The notes: a model not told the origin generated them from the letters alone. DNA of 64,000 nt from Candidatus Falkowbacteria bacterium (GCA_037137655.1 JBAXJX010000002.1:37730-101729); one strand, 5' to 3'; shown: positions 53,820 to 63,429, counted from the first letter of the stretch. Made by a program: numbers and translations.

Positions 53820-54896
53820 TTAAATAGTTATGAAATCCATCTCATTAGTAAAGACTGGGAAGACGAAAATATCAATGGGCATCAAAGTTTTGATGAAATT
53901 CAAATTTACCTTTTTACTATCCTTATTAAAAATAGCGGCAAAACTTTTCACATCAACATCAGTCATTATGGAAATTATAGTTAAGGTTTGAACCTTATTT
54001 AAACCGCTATCTATAAATCCATTATAAACCACATCCAAATAACTTCGCATTTTTTTATGTTCCTCTGTTTCATTTAAAGCTAAATAAACATTGTCGAACA
54101 TGAAATCACGAATCGCGGCAAATATTTCAGCAACCTCTGACTTGGCAAAAGAAACATATCCAAGCTTAGCCGATTCTTCAATTAAAGCATATTCACAGGC
54201 CATAACTCGTTCTCGTTGATTTTTGCCCAAAAGTTTAATTTCTTTAATTAAAGTTTTTTCGTTCAACAAGCCAACTGCCACTGCATCATTAATATCGGAA
54301 AAAGTATAACCGATTTTATCACAATACATTACCAATGTCTCTTCCTGCGGCGCGTTGCCAGCTATTAATAACTGGCCTTTATCCCGTGTTCGAGAATGAT
54401 GAGCAATTGCTTGTTCGGTTTGCAAACAAAGATTAAGACCGCGACCACTTCGTTCAATTTTTCGACAAACAATTACACTGTAAATGGCGTGTAAAAATTC
54501 CAAACTTAGTTTTTCTGACATAAAACTTTCACCCAGATGACCAAATGGTACCTGACCTAAATCATGGCCAAAACTACCGGCCTGCACCAAACCAATATTT
54601 AATCCCGTGATACTAGCTAAACGTGTACCACTGGAAACCACCTCTCCAGTATGAAACCCACGATTGCGGATATAAACACTGTCCGGAAAAGGAAAAACTT
54701 GGGTCTTAAAAAACAAGCGACGATATGCTTTACTATTTCTAATTTTCTCCACATCCAACAGAAATGGATCCATTACCGAATAATAGGCATGGTCGTCGTC
54801 ACGTGAACCAAGAGCTGCCCTAGTTGCATTACCAGAATCAAAAGCCTTGTCACGCAGACAATCTTTATACCGACTAAAATCAAATTTCTTTATCAT
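53820..54896 (-). CDS. dGTPase-like HD-domain dNTP triphosphohydrolase family protein
   Basis: RNSKAYRRLFFKTQVF, FHTGEV, and GHDLGQVPFGHLGE (HD motif). Perfect GGAGG SD 4 nt upstream. Confidence 0.75.
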   Translation of the reverse strand: MIKKFDFSRYKDCLRDKAFDSGNATRAALGSRDDDHAYYSVMDPFLLDVEKIRNSKAYRRLFFKTQVFPFPDSVYIRNRGFHTGEVVSSGTRLASITGLNIGLVQAGSFGHDLGQVPFGHLGESFMSEKLSLEFLHAIYSVIVCRKIERSGRGLNLCLQTEQAIAHHSRTRDKGQLLIAGNAPQEETLVMYCDKIGYTFSDINDAVAVGLLNEKTLIKEIKLLGKNQRERVMACEYALIEESAKLGYVSFAKSEVAEIFAAIRDFMFDNVYLALNETEEHKKMRSYLDVVYNGFIDSGLNKVQTLTIISIMTDVDVKSFAAIFNKDSKKVNLNFIKTLMPIDIFVFPVFTNEMDFITI

Positions 54897-55018
54897 TTTT
54901 CCTCCTATTTATTTTAATTGTGAATGACCTATTTAATTAATAAGTTATCATACCATTTTACTAGCTTTTGTCAACAAAAAAAGAGCTCTAAATCAGAGCT
55001 CTTTTCAAACATTTTATT

Positions 55019-55543
55019 TTATTCGATGCAACAATCAATTGCCTTCTTCACTAACTCTCCCATTTTACCAAAGAAACCTTTTTTCTCGGTATCATGCTTA
55101 TTAACTGCCTCATCATCAATCTTTTTCACCTCACCCAAATTAAGCAATTTCATATTTAAACCCCAGAACAAAGAATATAAGTTATAAGATTTGGAAAATA
55201 AATCATAAGCTTCTTTTTTGTGACCACGGCCAATTTCCTTAGTGCCAACCTCCATTAAACGCATCGAAGCGGCTAATAAATGCTTAGAAATACACCAAGT
55301 TTCGCCATCAGTCTCTTTAATTAATTGATGCATTAATTCTTTACGCATTTCACGCACATCCTTAATTAAGTCATAGTATTCGGTTTTTCCAGTTTTAGCA
55401 CCGCTAAAAAAGAAGTGTTCCTCAATACTCACCAAATTCATCACCGCGATACTTAAATCTTGATCAGATGACAAATCTAATTTGTTATCCTTCTTCATAG
55501 TATCAATCTTATCGATATAATCTTGTAGTTTTTGTGTGTCCAT
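55019..55543 (-). CDS. Hypothetical helical protein (174 aa)
   Basis: ATG start, 4 nt downstream of the preceding gene. No recognisable domain. Confidence 0.6.
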   Translation of the reverse strand: MDTQKLQDYIDKIDTMKKDNKLDLSSDQDLSIAVMNLVSIEEHFFFSGAKTGKTEYYDLIKDVREMRKELMHQLIKETDGETWCISKHLLAASMRLMEVGTKEIGRGHKKEAYDLFSKSYNLYSLFWGLNMKLLNLGEVKKIDDEAVNKHDTEKKGFFGKMGELVKKAIDCCIE

Positions 55544-55547
55544 ATTT

Positions 55548-56060
55548 TTAAGCCTTAGTTACAAAATAAAAAATAATATTTAGGATTACTAGAAATGACA
55601 CTGGAATCGCTACCTTTTCAAAAGGAAAATGAGCGCGGTCATTATTTTTCTTCTTTAAAAATTTATACAAAATATTTCCCAAATATAAAGCTATAGTTCC
55701 AAGAAGAATACCGAAAATTAATTTATCCATTCCCCAAATTTTATTAAAAGGATGACCAATTATTTCACTATAAGACATCGGCACCACAACCATTAGGTAG
55801 TAAGCTAAAATTGTAACAATTTTATAAAATTTAAAATTCCATTTCTTAATAACCAACCAATCAATTGTCCAAAGTGAAATTGATAACAGTAAACCACCAA
55901 TCCATATTCCAGTTAAAACATCATCCACACCTAAATAGCGCGACAAACCAACACCAGCGGCCACCGCCACCACGCAAACCGGGCAAATCGCTAAAGCCTT
56001 ACCAGCAAATAAAAAACTGCTAGCTAACAAAAGCGAAATTATTGTAATTTTTTTTCTCAT
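55548..56060 (-). CDS. Polytopic membrane protein with a CPVC motif after the signal sequence
   Basis: 170 aa with about 5 TM helices. FAGKALAICPVCVVAVAAG. Confidence 0.6.
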   Translation of the reverse strand: MRKKITIISLLLASSFLFAGKALAICPVCVVAVAAGVGLSRYLGVDDVLTGIWIGGLLLSISLWTIDWLVIKKWNFKFYKIVTILAYYLMVVVPMSYSEIIGHPFNKIWGMDKLIFGILLGTIALYLGNILYKFLKKKNNDRAHFPFEKVAIPVSFLVILNIIFYFVTKA

Positions 56061-56080
56061 ATATTATCTAATTGTAATCT

Positions 56081-56461
56081 TTATTTATATTGAGTTTTAA
56101 AGAAATCAACGATATCTTTATCTCCCACCAAACATTTTCCATCATTCCATAAAAACGGCACACCCAAATCATTTTGGGAAATATTACAGGTTACAGCTTT
56201 AGCTACCAACTCCTGAGCATTAGCCTTATCACCCGAAACCTCTTTCATAACAATGCCAGATTTAGCTTGAATTTTATTTTCATCCATATACTGCTCAACG
56301 ATTTTGCAATGCGGACAGGTAGTGCTGTAATACAAAACCAATTTTGCATCACTCACCTTTGTGGCTGAAGCTGAATTATTAAGTTTACTATTCAAACTGC
56401 AAGCACTTAAACTAAAACCTAAAAATAACAACAAAGTAAAAACTATAAAGTTCTTTTTCAT
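56081..56461 (-). CDS. Thioredoxin/glutaredoxin-fold lipoprotein with a DsbA-type CPHC active site
   Basis: Lipobox LSAC after the signal peptide. YYSTTCPHCKIVEQY. Confidence 0.7.
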   Translation of the reverse strand: MKKNFIVFTLLLFLGFSLSACSLNSKLNNSASATKVSDAKLVLYYSTTCPHCKIVEQYMDENKIQAKSGIVMKEVSGDKANAQELVAKAVTCNISQNDLGVPFLWNDGKCLVGDKDIVDFFKTQYK

Positions 56462-56549
56462 ATTTTTTTAATAAATTTCTTTAATTATTATGATTATACC
56501 AAAGTTTTTTTCTTTTGCCTATTGCCAAATAAAGTGATAAAATGACTTT

Positions 56550-59360
56550 ATGCCAAAAAAATCAGAAAAATTAATTATTATCGATGGAAATGCTTTAATT
56601 CACCGCAGTTTTCATGCTTTGCCACCAACAATGACCACTAAAAGTGGCCAAGTGGTTAATGCTGTTTACGGCTTTACGCTTTTTCTTTTAAAGGCGATTG
56701 AGGAGTTTAAACCTGAATATATCGCACTAACATTTGACCGTAAAGAGGCAACTTTTCGCCACCTGGAATACAAAGAATATAAAGCGACGCGCGTTAAAGC
56801 TCCCGATGAATTATACACCCAAATCCCACTCGCCAAAAAAATGGCCGAGGCTTTTGCTATTCCCATTTTTGAATTAGCCGGCTTCGAGGCCGATGATTTA
56901 ATCGGCACGATTTGCCGCCGTGTTGACGGCAGTGTCGATAAATATATTATTACTGGTGATCTTGATGCTTTACAATTGGTTAACAACCACACTTTTGTTT
57001 ACACTATGAGTCGTGGCTTATCTGATAGCGTTTTATATGACGACAAAAAAGTCAAAGAACGGTTTGATTTAAATCCTAACCAAATTATCGATTACAAGGC
57101 TTTGCGGGGTGATGTTAGTGACAACATTCCCGGTGTTAAAGGCATTGGCGAAAAAACAGCCGCCGAATTATTAAACAATTTTAAAACATTAGATGGTGTT
57201 TATGCGGCCGTAGCTAATAGTGACGCCAAAATTAAACCTCGCACCTTAGAATTATTAAAAACCGATAAAGATAAAGCTTATCTCAGTCAAAAACTAGCCA
57301 CCATTGATGTTGATGTTCCATTTACTTTTGATTTAGCTGCCACCAAAGTTCATCAATTTAATAAAAGTAAAATTCTAGAAGTCTTTGGGGAAATGGAATT
57401 TCGTTCTTTAATTCCTCGTCTTAATAATATCGATAAATATCTGGGCGGAGAAACAAAAGCCGACGAGCTTGAAGAACAAAATAACTCCACAGATAATTTT
57501 CCTGATAAATTTACGCGCGATACCAAACTTTTTAAATACGAATTAATTGACTCAGAAGAAAAATTTGTTAAGTTCTACAAAAAACTAGCCGCCCAAACTA
57601 TTTTTACTTTTGACACTGAAACCACCGGACTTAACCCGTTAACTTGTGATTTGCTTGGGATTAGTTTTTCCTGGGAAGAGGGTGAGGCTTATTATGTAAA
57701 AATTGAAACCGAAAAGAATGCTAATGCCAATAACAATCTTTTCGCCGCTTTTGAAAAACCAGCCAACAAACAAAACTGGCTCGAGCAATTAGCGCCAATT
57801 TTTGCTGATGCTAAAATTAAAAAATGTGGTCATAACATGAAATATGACATTCGCGTTCTACAGGCTCAAGGTTTAAAATTTGCCGGCGCTTATTTTGATA
57901 CCATGATTGCTTCATACTTATTAAATCCAGAAAATCGCCAACATAATTTAGATGCTTTAACTTTTTCCGAACTAGCTTTTGAAAAAATTAATCACGATGA
58001 GCTACTTGGCATTGGTAAAGACAAAAAAGATTTTGGCCAAGTTGAAGTTGCGAAGATGGCAATTTATTCTTGTGAGGACGCTGATTTTACCAATCGCTTG
58101 GTACACATTTTGACAAAGAATATTGAAAAAGAAAAATTAGATAATTTATTTTTTGAAATTGAAATGCCGCTAATTCCAGTTTTAGCCAAAATGGAAAATA
58201 CCGGCATCCTAATTGATCCACAAATTCTAGCTGACATGAAGAAAACACTGAATCATGAAATTGCGGCACTAGAGAAAAAAATTTATGAACTAGCCGGAAC
58301 CGAATTTAATGTTAGCTCCCCTAAACAGCTAAAAGAAATTTTATTTGAAAAATTAGCCATTGCTAGTAAAGGTATCAAAAAAACCAAAACCGGTTTATCG
58401 ACTGCGGCCGATGAATTAAATAAAATGAAAGATGCTCATCCGATTATTCCATTAATTCAAAACTACCGTGAATCTACAAAACTACTAACAACCTATGTTG
58501 ATGCGTTACCGGAGATGATTAACAAAAATGATGGTCGGGTTCATACTAACTACAATCAAAGTATTACGGCCACCGGTCGCTTATCATCCAATGAACCAAA
58601 TCTGCAAAACATTCCCACGCGCACTGAAATGGGTAAAAAAATTCGCACCGCTTTTATTGCTAAACCGGGTAGTAAATTATTAAGCCTGGATTATTCTCAA
58701 ATTGAATTGCGCCTAGCTGCCCACATGTCTGGTGATAAAAAAATGCTCGCCGCCTTTAAAGCTAATGAAGATATTCACACCGCTACCGCCGCTGCTATCG
58801 CCGGCGTCAAATTAAGCGAGGTTACCAAAGATATGCGGCGCGAGGCCAAGGCAATTAATTTTGGTATTATTTACGGTCAAGGTCCACACGGCTTAAGCGA
58901 GGGGGCGGGAATTTCTTATGCTGCGGCGCGGGAATTTATTGATAAATATTTTAAAGTTTATTCTGGCGTCAAAAAATATATCGATAATAGTATTGCCACT
59001 GCTAAAAAAAATTCTTACGTTGAAACTTTATGTGGGCGTCGGCGTTATTTACCAGAAATAAACTCCACAATAGCTATGGTGCAAAAATCTGCCGAGCGTA
59101 TGGCAATTAATATGCCGCTTCAAGGTACGGCCGCTGATATTATTAAATTGGCCATGATTAAAATCGATGAATTGCTTGATGATAAAAATGATATTAAAAT
59201 GTTATTACAGGTTCATGATGAATTAATTTTTGAAATAGTGGAAGATAAAATAGAATTCTACACTAAAAAATTAAAGGACATTATGGAGCATGTTCTAGAT
59301 TTAAATGTTCCAATTATTGTTGATGCTGGCGTGGCCAAAAACTGGGGTGAAATCAAATAA
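56550..59360 (+). CDS. polA: DNA polymerase I
   Basis: 5' nuclease domain (IIDGNALIHRSFHALP), an exonuclease-like domain, and polymerase motifs RREAKAINFGIIYG and QVHDELIFE. Confidence 0.95.
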   Translation: MPKKSEKLIIIDGNALIHRSFHALPPTMTTKSGQVVNAVYGFTLFLLKAIEEFKPEYIALTFDRKEATFRHLEYKEYKATRVKAPDELYTQIPLAKKMAEAFAIPIFELAGFEADDLIGTICRRVDGSVDKYIITGDLDALQLVNNHTFVYTMSRGLSDSVLYDDKKVKERFDLNPNQIIDYKALRGDVSDNIPGVKGIGEKTAAELLNNFKTLDGVYAAVANSDAKIKPRTLELLKTDKDKAYLSQKLATIDVDVPFTFDLAATKVHQFNKSKILEVFGEMEFRSLIPRLNNIDKYLGGETKADELEEQNNSTDNFPDKFTRDTKLFKYELIDSEEKFVKFYKKLAAQTIFTFDTETTGLNPLTCDLLGISFSWEEGEAYYVKIETEKNANANNNLFAAFEKPANKQNWLEQLAPIFADAKIKKCGHNMKYDIRVLQAQGLKFAGAYFDTMIASYLLNPENRQHNLDALTFSELAFEKINHDELLGIGKDKKDFGQVEVAKMAIYSCEDADFTNRLVHILTKNIEKEKLDNLFFEIEMPLIPVLAKMENTGILIDPQILADMKKTLNHEIAALEKKIYELAGTEFNVSSPKQLKEILFEKLAIASKGIKKTKTGLSTAADELNKMKDAHPIIPLIQNYRESTKLLTTYVDALPEMINKNDGRVHTNYNQSITATGRLSSNEPNLQNIPTRTEMGKKIRTAFIAKPGSKLLSLDYSQIELRLAAHMSGDKKMLAAFKANEDIHTATAAAIAGVKLSEVTKDMRREAKAINFGIIYGQGPHGLSEGAGISYAAAREFIDKYFKVYSGVKKYIDNSIATAKKNSYVETLCGRRRYLPEINSTIAMVQKSAERMAINMPLQGTAADIIKLAMIKIDELLDDKNDIKMLLQVHDELIFEIVEDKIEFYTKKLKDIMEHVLDLNVPIIVDAGVAKNWGEIK

Positions 59361-59393
59361 AAAAGATGACCCTGAAATAAATTCAAAATCATC

Positions 59394-59459
59394 TTAGCTT
59401 GGTTTTTTCCGGCGACGCCAAACAATCTTTAGCAGAAGCAAAACAGCCAAAAGAATCAT
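59394..59459 (-). CDS. Candidate 21-codon hydrophobic mini-protein (MILLAVLLLLKIVWRRRKKPS)
   Basis: ATG at 59459, preceded by GGAGG (59469-59465) at 5-nt spacing. TAA stop at 59394-59396. Followed by the hairpin AAGATGA/TCATCTT plus a T-run on the minus strand. Confidence 0.4.
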   Translation of the reverse strand: MILLAVLLLLKIVWRRRKKPS

Positions 59460-59541
59460 ACACACCTCCAATCATTTTTTTATTATTATTCAAAGAACTA
59501 CTAACTAGATTAATAACATATTAAACTGTAAAAATATACCT

Positions 59542-60888
59542 ATGTCAATTTTAAATTTAAGTACATTAAATCACAAAGACATCGCTATTCTTGGTCTAGG
59601 CGTGGAAAACCAAGCACTTTTAGATTATTTACTAAAACAAAAATTGGAAAGCACCTTCACAATTTGTGATAAACGCTCATTAAGCTCATTGGGTGAGCTT
59701 TATCAAAAATACAAAAAACATAAAAATATTTATTGGCGTCTAGAGGCCGACTTCAACACTGATTTACACAACTTTGATTATTTATTCCGTGCTCCCGGTT
59801 GGCCATTACACTGCTCTGGGATTATTGCTGCCCAAAAACTAAATAAAAAAATTGCTGTCACTAGTCCGATGAATTTTTTCTTTGCCCACTGCCCAACAAA
59901 AAATATTATTGGCGTCACCGGCACTAAAGGTAAAGGCACGACCTCAAGTTTAATTTTTAAAATTTTAAAAGAAGCACAAAAAAAAGTTTATCTTGGTGGT
60001 AACATTGGTATTGCTCCCATTAATTTTTTAAATAAAATTAAAAAAACTGATTTTGTGGTTTTAGAACTATCCAGTTTTCAATTAGAGGACTTAGCTTATA
60101 GTCCAAAAATTTCTGTTATTACCAATATTTATAAAGAACATTTATCCCCAGCCGATCCTAATAATCCAAATTATCACAAAAGCTACGCTGATTATATTAA
60201 AGCCAAGCTCAGCATCGCCATTTACCAAAAGGCAGGTAATTTTTTATTCCTAAACGAGAAATCCAAAAAAGTTTTAGATCAAAGAAAGTTTAATTTGGGC
60301 TATGGTCGAAAAATATATTTTACCGAATCAACCTTACCTAGTCGTCTTGTGGGAAATTATAATAAAGAAAATATTGCCGCCGCCGTTGCGGTCGCTAAAC
60401 TTTTAAAGATAAAAAATTCTATTACAGAAAAAGCGGTGAAGAATTTTGTTGGTTTGGAGCACCGCTTAGAATTTGTCACTGAAATAAATGGAGTAAAATA
60501 TTTTGATAATAGTTTTGCCACTACACCTGAAAGTTCCGCAATGGATTTAGACTCTTTCAGCACCGATATAATCCTACTGGCTGGTGGTGCTGATAAAGGT
60601 GCTAGCTTTAAAGCTTTCGCCAAAAACATCAAAGAGCGCGTTAAGTTTGTGCTACTGTTTGCCGGTACTGGTACTAAACACTTACTAGCCGAGCTCCGAA
60701 AAATTAATTACCCAGAAAAAAATATCCGCATTATGCATGACATGGAAAATGCTGTTAAAATTGCCCACACTAAAGCTGAGATTGGAGACACAGTATTACT
60801 ATCCACTGGTTGTGCTAGCTTTGGTTTGTTTAAAAATTACAAGGAACGCGGCAACTTATTCCAAAAATACGTAAAGGAATTAAAATAA
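59542..60888 (+). CDS. murD: UDP-N-acetylmuramoylalanine--D-glutamate ligase
   Basis: Mur ligase P-loop GVTGTKGKGTT and MurD-type N-terminal Rossmann (ILGLGVEN). Followed directly by murI. Confidence 0.9.
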   Translation: MSILNLSTLNHKDIAILGLGVENQALLDYLLKQKLESTFTICDKRSLSSLGELYQKYKKHKNIYWRLEADFNTDLHNFDYLFRAPGWPLHCSGIIAAQKLNKKIAVTSPMNFFFAHCPTKNIIGVTGTKGKGTTSSLIFKILKEAQKKVYLGGNIGIAPINFLNKIKKTDFVVLELSSFQLEDLAYSPKISVITNIYKEHLSPADPNNPNYHKSYADYIKAKLSIAIYQKAGNFLFLNEKSKKVLDQRKFNLGYGRKIYFTESTLPSRLVGNYNKENIAAAVAVAKLLKIKNSITEKAVKNFVGLEHRLEFVTEINGVKYFDNSFATTPESSAMDLDSFSTDIILLAGGADKGASFKAFAKNIKERVKFVLLFAGTGTKHLLAELRKINYPEKNIRIMHDMENAVKIAHTKAEIGDTVLLSTGCASFGLFKNYKERGNLFQKYVKELK

Positions 60889-60889
60889 T

Positions 60890-61696
60890 ATGATTGGAGT
60901 TTTCGATTCAGGCCTCGGCGGCTTAACCGTCTTAAAACATTTTCTGAAAAGGCTGCCAGAATATGATTACATTTACCTCGGCGATAACGCCCGAGTGCCT
61001 TATGGTGAAAAATCACGGGAGACAATTTATGAATATGTAAAAGAGGCAGTCGATTTTCTCTTTAGTCAAAAATGCGAAATTATTATTTTAGCTTGCAACA
61101 GCGCTTCAGCCGAAGCTTTACGTAAAATTCAACAAGAATATTTACCAATAAAATATCCCGGTAAAAAAGTTTTAGGCGTGATCCGACCATTAGCGGAAAA
61201 ATTTGCCAGCGACAAAAAATTTAAAAAAATTGGCGTTATCGGCACTAATGCCACTATTGCTTCCGGTGCTTACGCCACGGAAATTAAAAAATTAAATCCC
61301 AAGGCATCAGTTTATCAACAGGCCACACCGCTACTTGTGCCTTTAATTGAAAATGGCTATGCTCATGAAACGGAAACTAAAATTATTTTGGCCAAATATT
61401 TAAAAAGTTTCAAAACTAAAAAAGTTGACGCTTTAATTTTAGGTTGTACCCATTATCCATTTGTCCAAAAAGAAATAAAAAATATCATGGGCAAGACCTG
61501 TGCGATTCCCGACACTGGCGCCGTCATTGCCGCTAGCTTAAAAGATTATTTAAGTCGTCACAGCGAATTAAAAATAAAAAAATCAAAAACTCCGAAACGA
61601 TTATTTTACACCACTGACGATCCAGCCAAATTTAAAAAACTCGGTGAAAAATTTCTCTCTCAAGAAATAAAAAATATCAAAAAAATTATCCTATGA
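60890..61696 (+). CDS. murI: Glutamate racemase
   Basis: GVFDSGLGGLTV, with the catalytic Cys motifs ACNSASA and GCTHYP. Confidence 0.93.
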   Translation: MIGVFDSGLGGLTVLKHFLKRLPEYDYIYLGDNARVPYGEKSRETIYEYVKEAVDFLFSQKCEIIILACNSASAEALRKIQQEYLPIKYPGKKVLGVIRPLAEKFASDKKFKKIGVIGTNATIASGAYATEIKKLNPKASVYQQATPLLVPLIENGYAHETETKIILAKYLKSFKTKKVDALILGCTHYPFVQKEIKNIMGKTCAIPDTGAVIAASLKDYLSRHSELKIKKSKTPKRLFYTTDDPAKFKKLGEKFLSQEIKNIKKIIL

Positions 61697-62709
61697 TTAT
61701 ATTTTTCTACGGTGAAAATTCCTTTCGTGCCAAGCAAAGGATCAATGAATTAAAAGCTAAGTTCTTTCGGGAAATCGACCCGAGCGGACAGAGTTTTAAT
61801 ATGATTGATGGCGCCAGTGCCGATCTTGCCGGAATTTCCGCAATTATCAACACCGGATCTTTATTTGTAAAAAAACGCCTAACTCTAATTGAAAACTTAT
61901 TCGGCAACAAGAAAGATATTCTGCCTGGTTTTTTAGATTTTATCCAAAAAAATAAACTAGCCGAAGGCGAAGATATTTTAATTATTTATGAAAGCAAAAT
62001 AAAAAGTGGCAAAAAAAATCAGATCGTAAAAATTGGCGCCGAGCGCGAAAATGCCCTAACCATTAAAGAGAAGAAACTTTTTACCTATTTAAGTGCTCAA
62101 AAATACGGCCAAGAGTTTAAAAGTTTTAGCGACAGCGAAACAATTGCCTGGATCAAGAAAGAAGTCGATGATCGCGGTGGTCTTATTAGCCCAGCTAACG
62201 CTGCCTTAATTTTCAATTTAGCTGGCAACGATTTATGGCAATTAAACAATGACATCTCCAAACTAGTTAACTATAAAAAATCCGGTACCACTAAAATCGA
62301 GATTAGCAGCGCCGACATTAAAGAACTGGTTAACGCCAATTTAGTGGAAAATATTTTTTCACTCACCGACGCTTTAAGTGCTAAAAATAAATCTCAAGTT
62401 TTAAAAATATTCGAAGAACAATTATCCCTCGACGTTAGCCCGGAATATATTCTAGCTATGGTACTACGTCATTTCAAAACTCTCCTGCAATTAAAGGACT
62501 GTTTAGAGGAGAAATTAAGCCCGAGTCAGATAAGTGTTAAGGTAAAAATGAACCCTTATATTTTCACTAAGTCACTAAGTCAAGCAAACGGTTTTACATT
62601 ATCTACTTTAAAAAAAATAAGTAACGATTTAATTGAGCTCGATTTTCTTAATAAAAGCGGCCAAATGGACTTAAAAACTGGCCTAAGTTTATTTTTTGCC
62701 AAAATTTAG
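61693..62709 (+). CDS. holA: DNA polymerase III delta subunit
   Basis: 338 aa with a typical HolA N-terminus (IFFYGENSF..) and helical C-terminal domains. The ATGA overlap with murI suggests translational coupling. Confidence 0.75.
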   Translation: MIIFFYGENSFRAKQRINELKAKFFREIDPSGQSFNMIDGASADLAGISAIINTGSLFVKKRLTLIENLFGNKKDILPGFLDFIQKNKLAEGEDILIIYESKIKSGKKNQIVKIGAERENALTIKEKKLFTYLSAQKYGQEFKSFSDSETIAWIKKEVDDRGGLISPANAALIFNLAGNDLWQLNNDISKLVNYKKSGTTKIEISSADIKELVNANLVENIFSLTDALSAKNKSQVLKIFEEQLSLDVSPEYILAMVLRHFKTLLQLKDCLEEKLSPSQISVKVKMNPYIFTKSLSQANGFTLSTLKKISNDLIELDFLNKSGQMDLKTGLSLFFAKI

Positions 62710-62790
62710 TTTACACTATTGCTTTTTTATTTTGATTATTATATTATAGCTCCAGAGACAAAAACTCTCTTATTTTTTGTTTACGAGCTA

Positions 62791-62864
62791 GGGCGATTAG
62801 CTCAGTTGGTTAGAGCGCAACACTGATAATGTTGAGGTCGGAGGTTCGAGTCCTCCATCGCCCA
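62791..62864 (+). tRNA. tRNA-Ile (anticodon GAT)
   Basis: GGGCGAT..CAACA-CTGATAA-TGTTG..GGAGGTTCGAGTCCTCC-ATCGCCC. Confidence 0.9.
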
Positions 62865-62887
62865 CATCGTTTCTTAACGAAATTTAT

Positions 62888-62960
62888 CGCGGGGTAGAGC
62901 AGTTGGCAGCTCGCCAGGCCCATAACCTGGAGGTCGTCGGTTCAAATCCGACCCCCGCAA
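62888..62960 (+). tRNA. Initiator tRNA-fMet (anticodon CAT)
   Basis: C1:A72 mismatch (CGCGGGG/CCCCGCA), G-C pairs closing the anticodon stem, and the T-arm GTCGGTTCAAATCCGAC, which matches the corresponding stretch of E. coli tRNA-fMet (recalled). The anticodon loop reads CCCATAA. Confidence 0.88.
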
Positions 62961-62968
62961 CATGTCAA

Positions 62969-63040
62969 GCCTCGGTAGCTCAGTGGTAGAGCAAAGGATT
63001 GAAAATCCTTGTGTCGTCAGTTCAATTCTGACCCGGGGCA
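62969..63040 (+). tRNA. tRNA-Phe (anticodon GAA)
   Basis: GCCTCGG..AAGGA-TTGAAAA-TCCTT..CAGTTCAATTCTG-CCGGGGC. Confidence 0.9.
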
Positions 63041-63055
63041 CAGTTAAAATTAAAT

Positions 63056-63128
63056 CGGGGTATGGCCCAGTTGGTAGGGCGTCTGGTTTGGGACCAGAAG
63101 ATCGTGAGTTCGAGTCTCGCTACCCCGA
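63056..63128 (+). tRNA. tRNA-Pro (anticodon TGG)
   Basis: CGGGGTA..TCTGG-TTTGGGA-CCAGA..GAGTTCGAGTCTC-TACCCCG. Confidence 0.9.
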
Positions 63129-63168
63129 CATTTTATATACAAACTTAATTAAAGGAATTTAAAAAACT

Positions 63169-63429
63169 ATGCCAAATATTAAATCAGCTAAAAAAGAGTT
63201 GAGAAAAACCGTCAAACGTCACGAGGCTAATGTAGCCGTTAAAAAGAACGTTAACGAATTAATCAAAAAAAGTACTAAAGCTATTGTAGCCAAAGACAAA
63301 GATGCTAAAGAAACTGTAATCAAAACTATTAAAGCTATCGATAAAATGGCTAAAAAAGGTTTGATCAAGAAAAATACAGCTTCTCGTCGTAAATCAAGAT
63401 TACAAAAAAAGGTTAACACTTTAAAATAA
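63169..63429 (+). CDS. rpsT: 30S ribosomal protein S20
   Basis: N-terminus MPNIKSAKKELRKTVKRHEANVAVK. Confidence 0.93.
   Translation: MPNIKSAKKELRKTVKRHEANVAVKKNVNELIKKSTKAIVAKDKDAKETVIKTIKAIDKMAKKGLIKKNTASRRKSRLQKKVNTLK

Noticed and set aside
62962-63162. 66-aa ORF across the tRNA cluster
   Set aside because: It is fully occupied by tRNA-Phe and tRNA-Pro, so it is an artefact of translating structured RNA genes.
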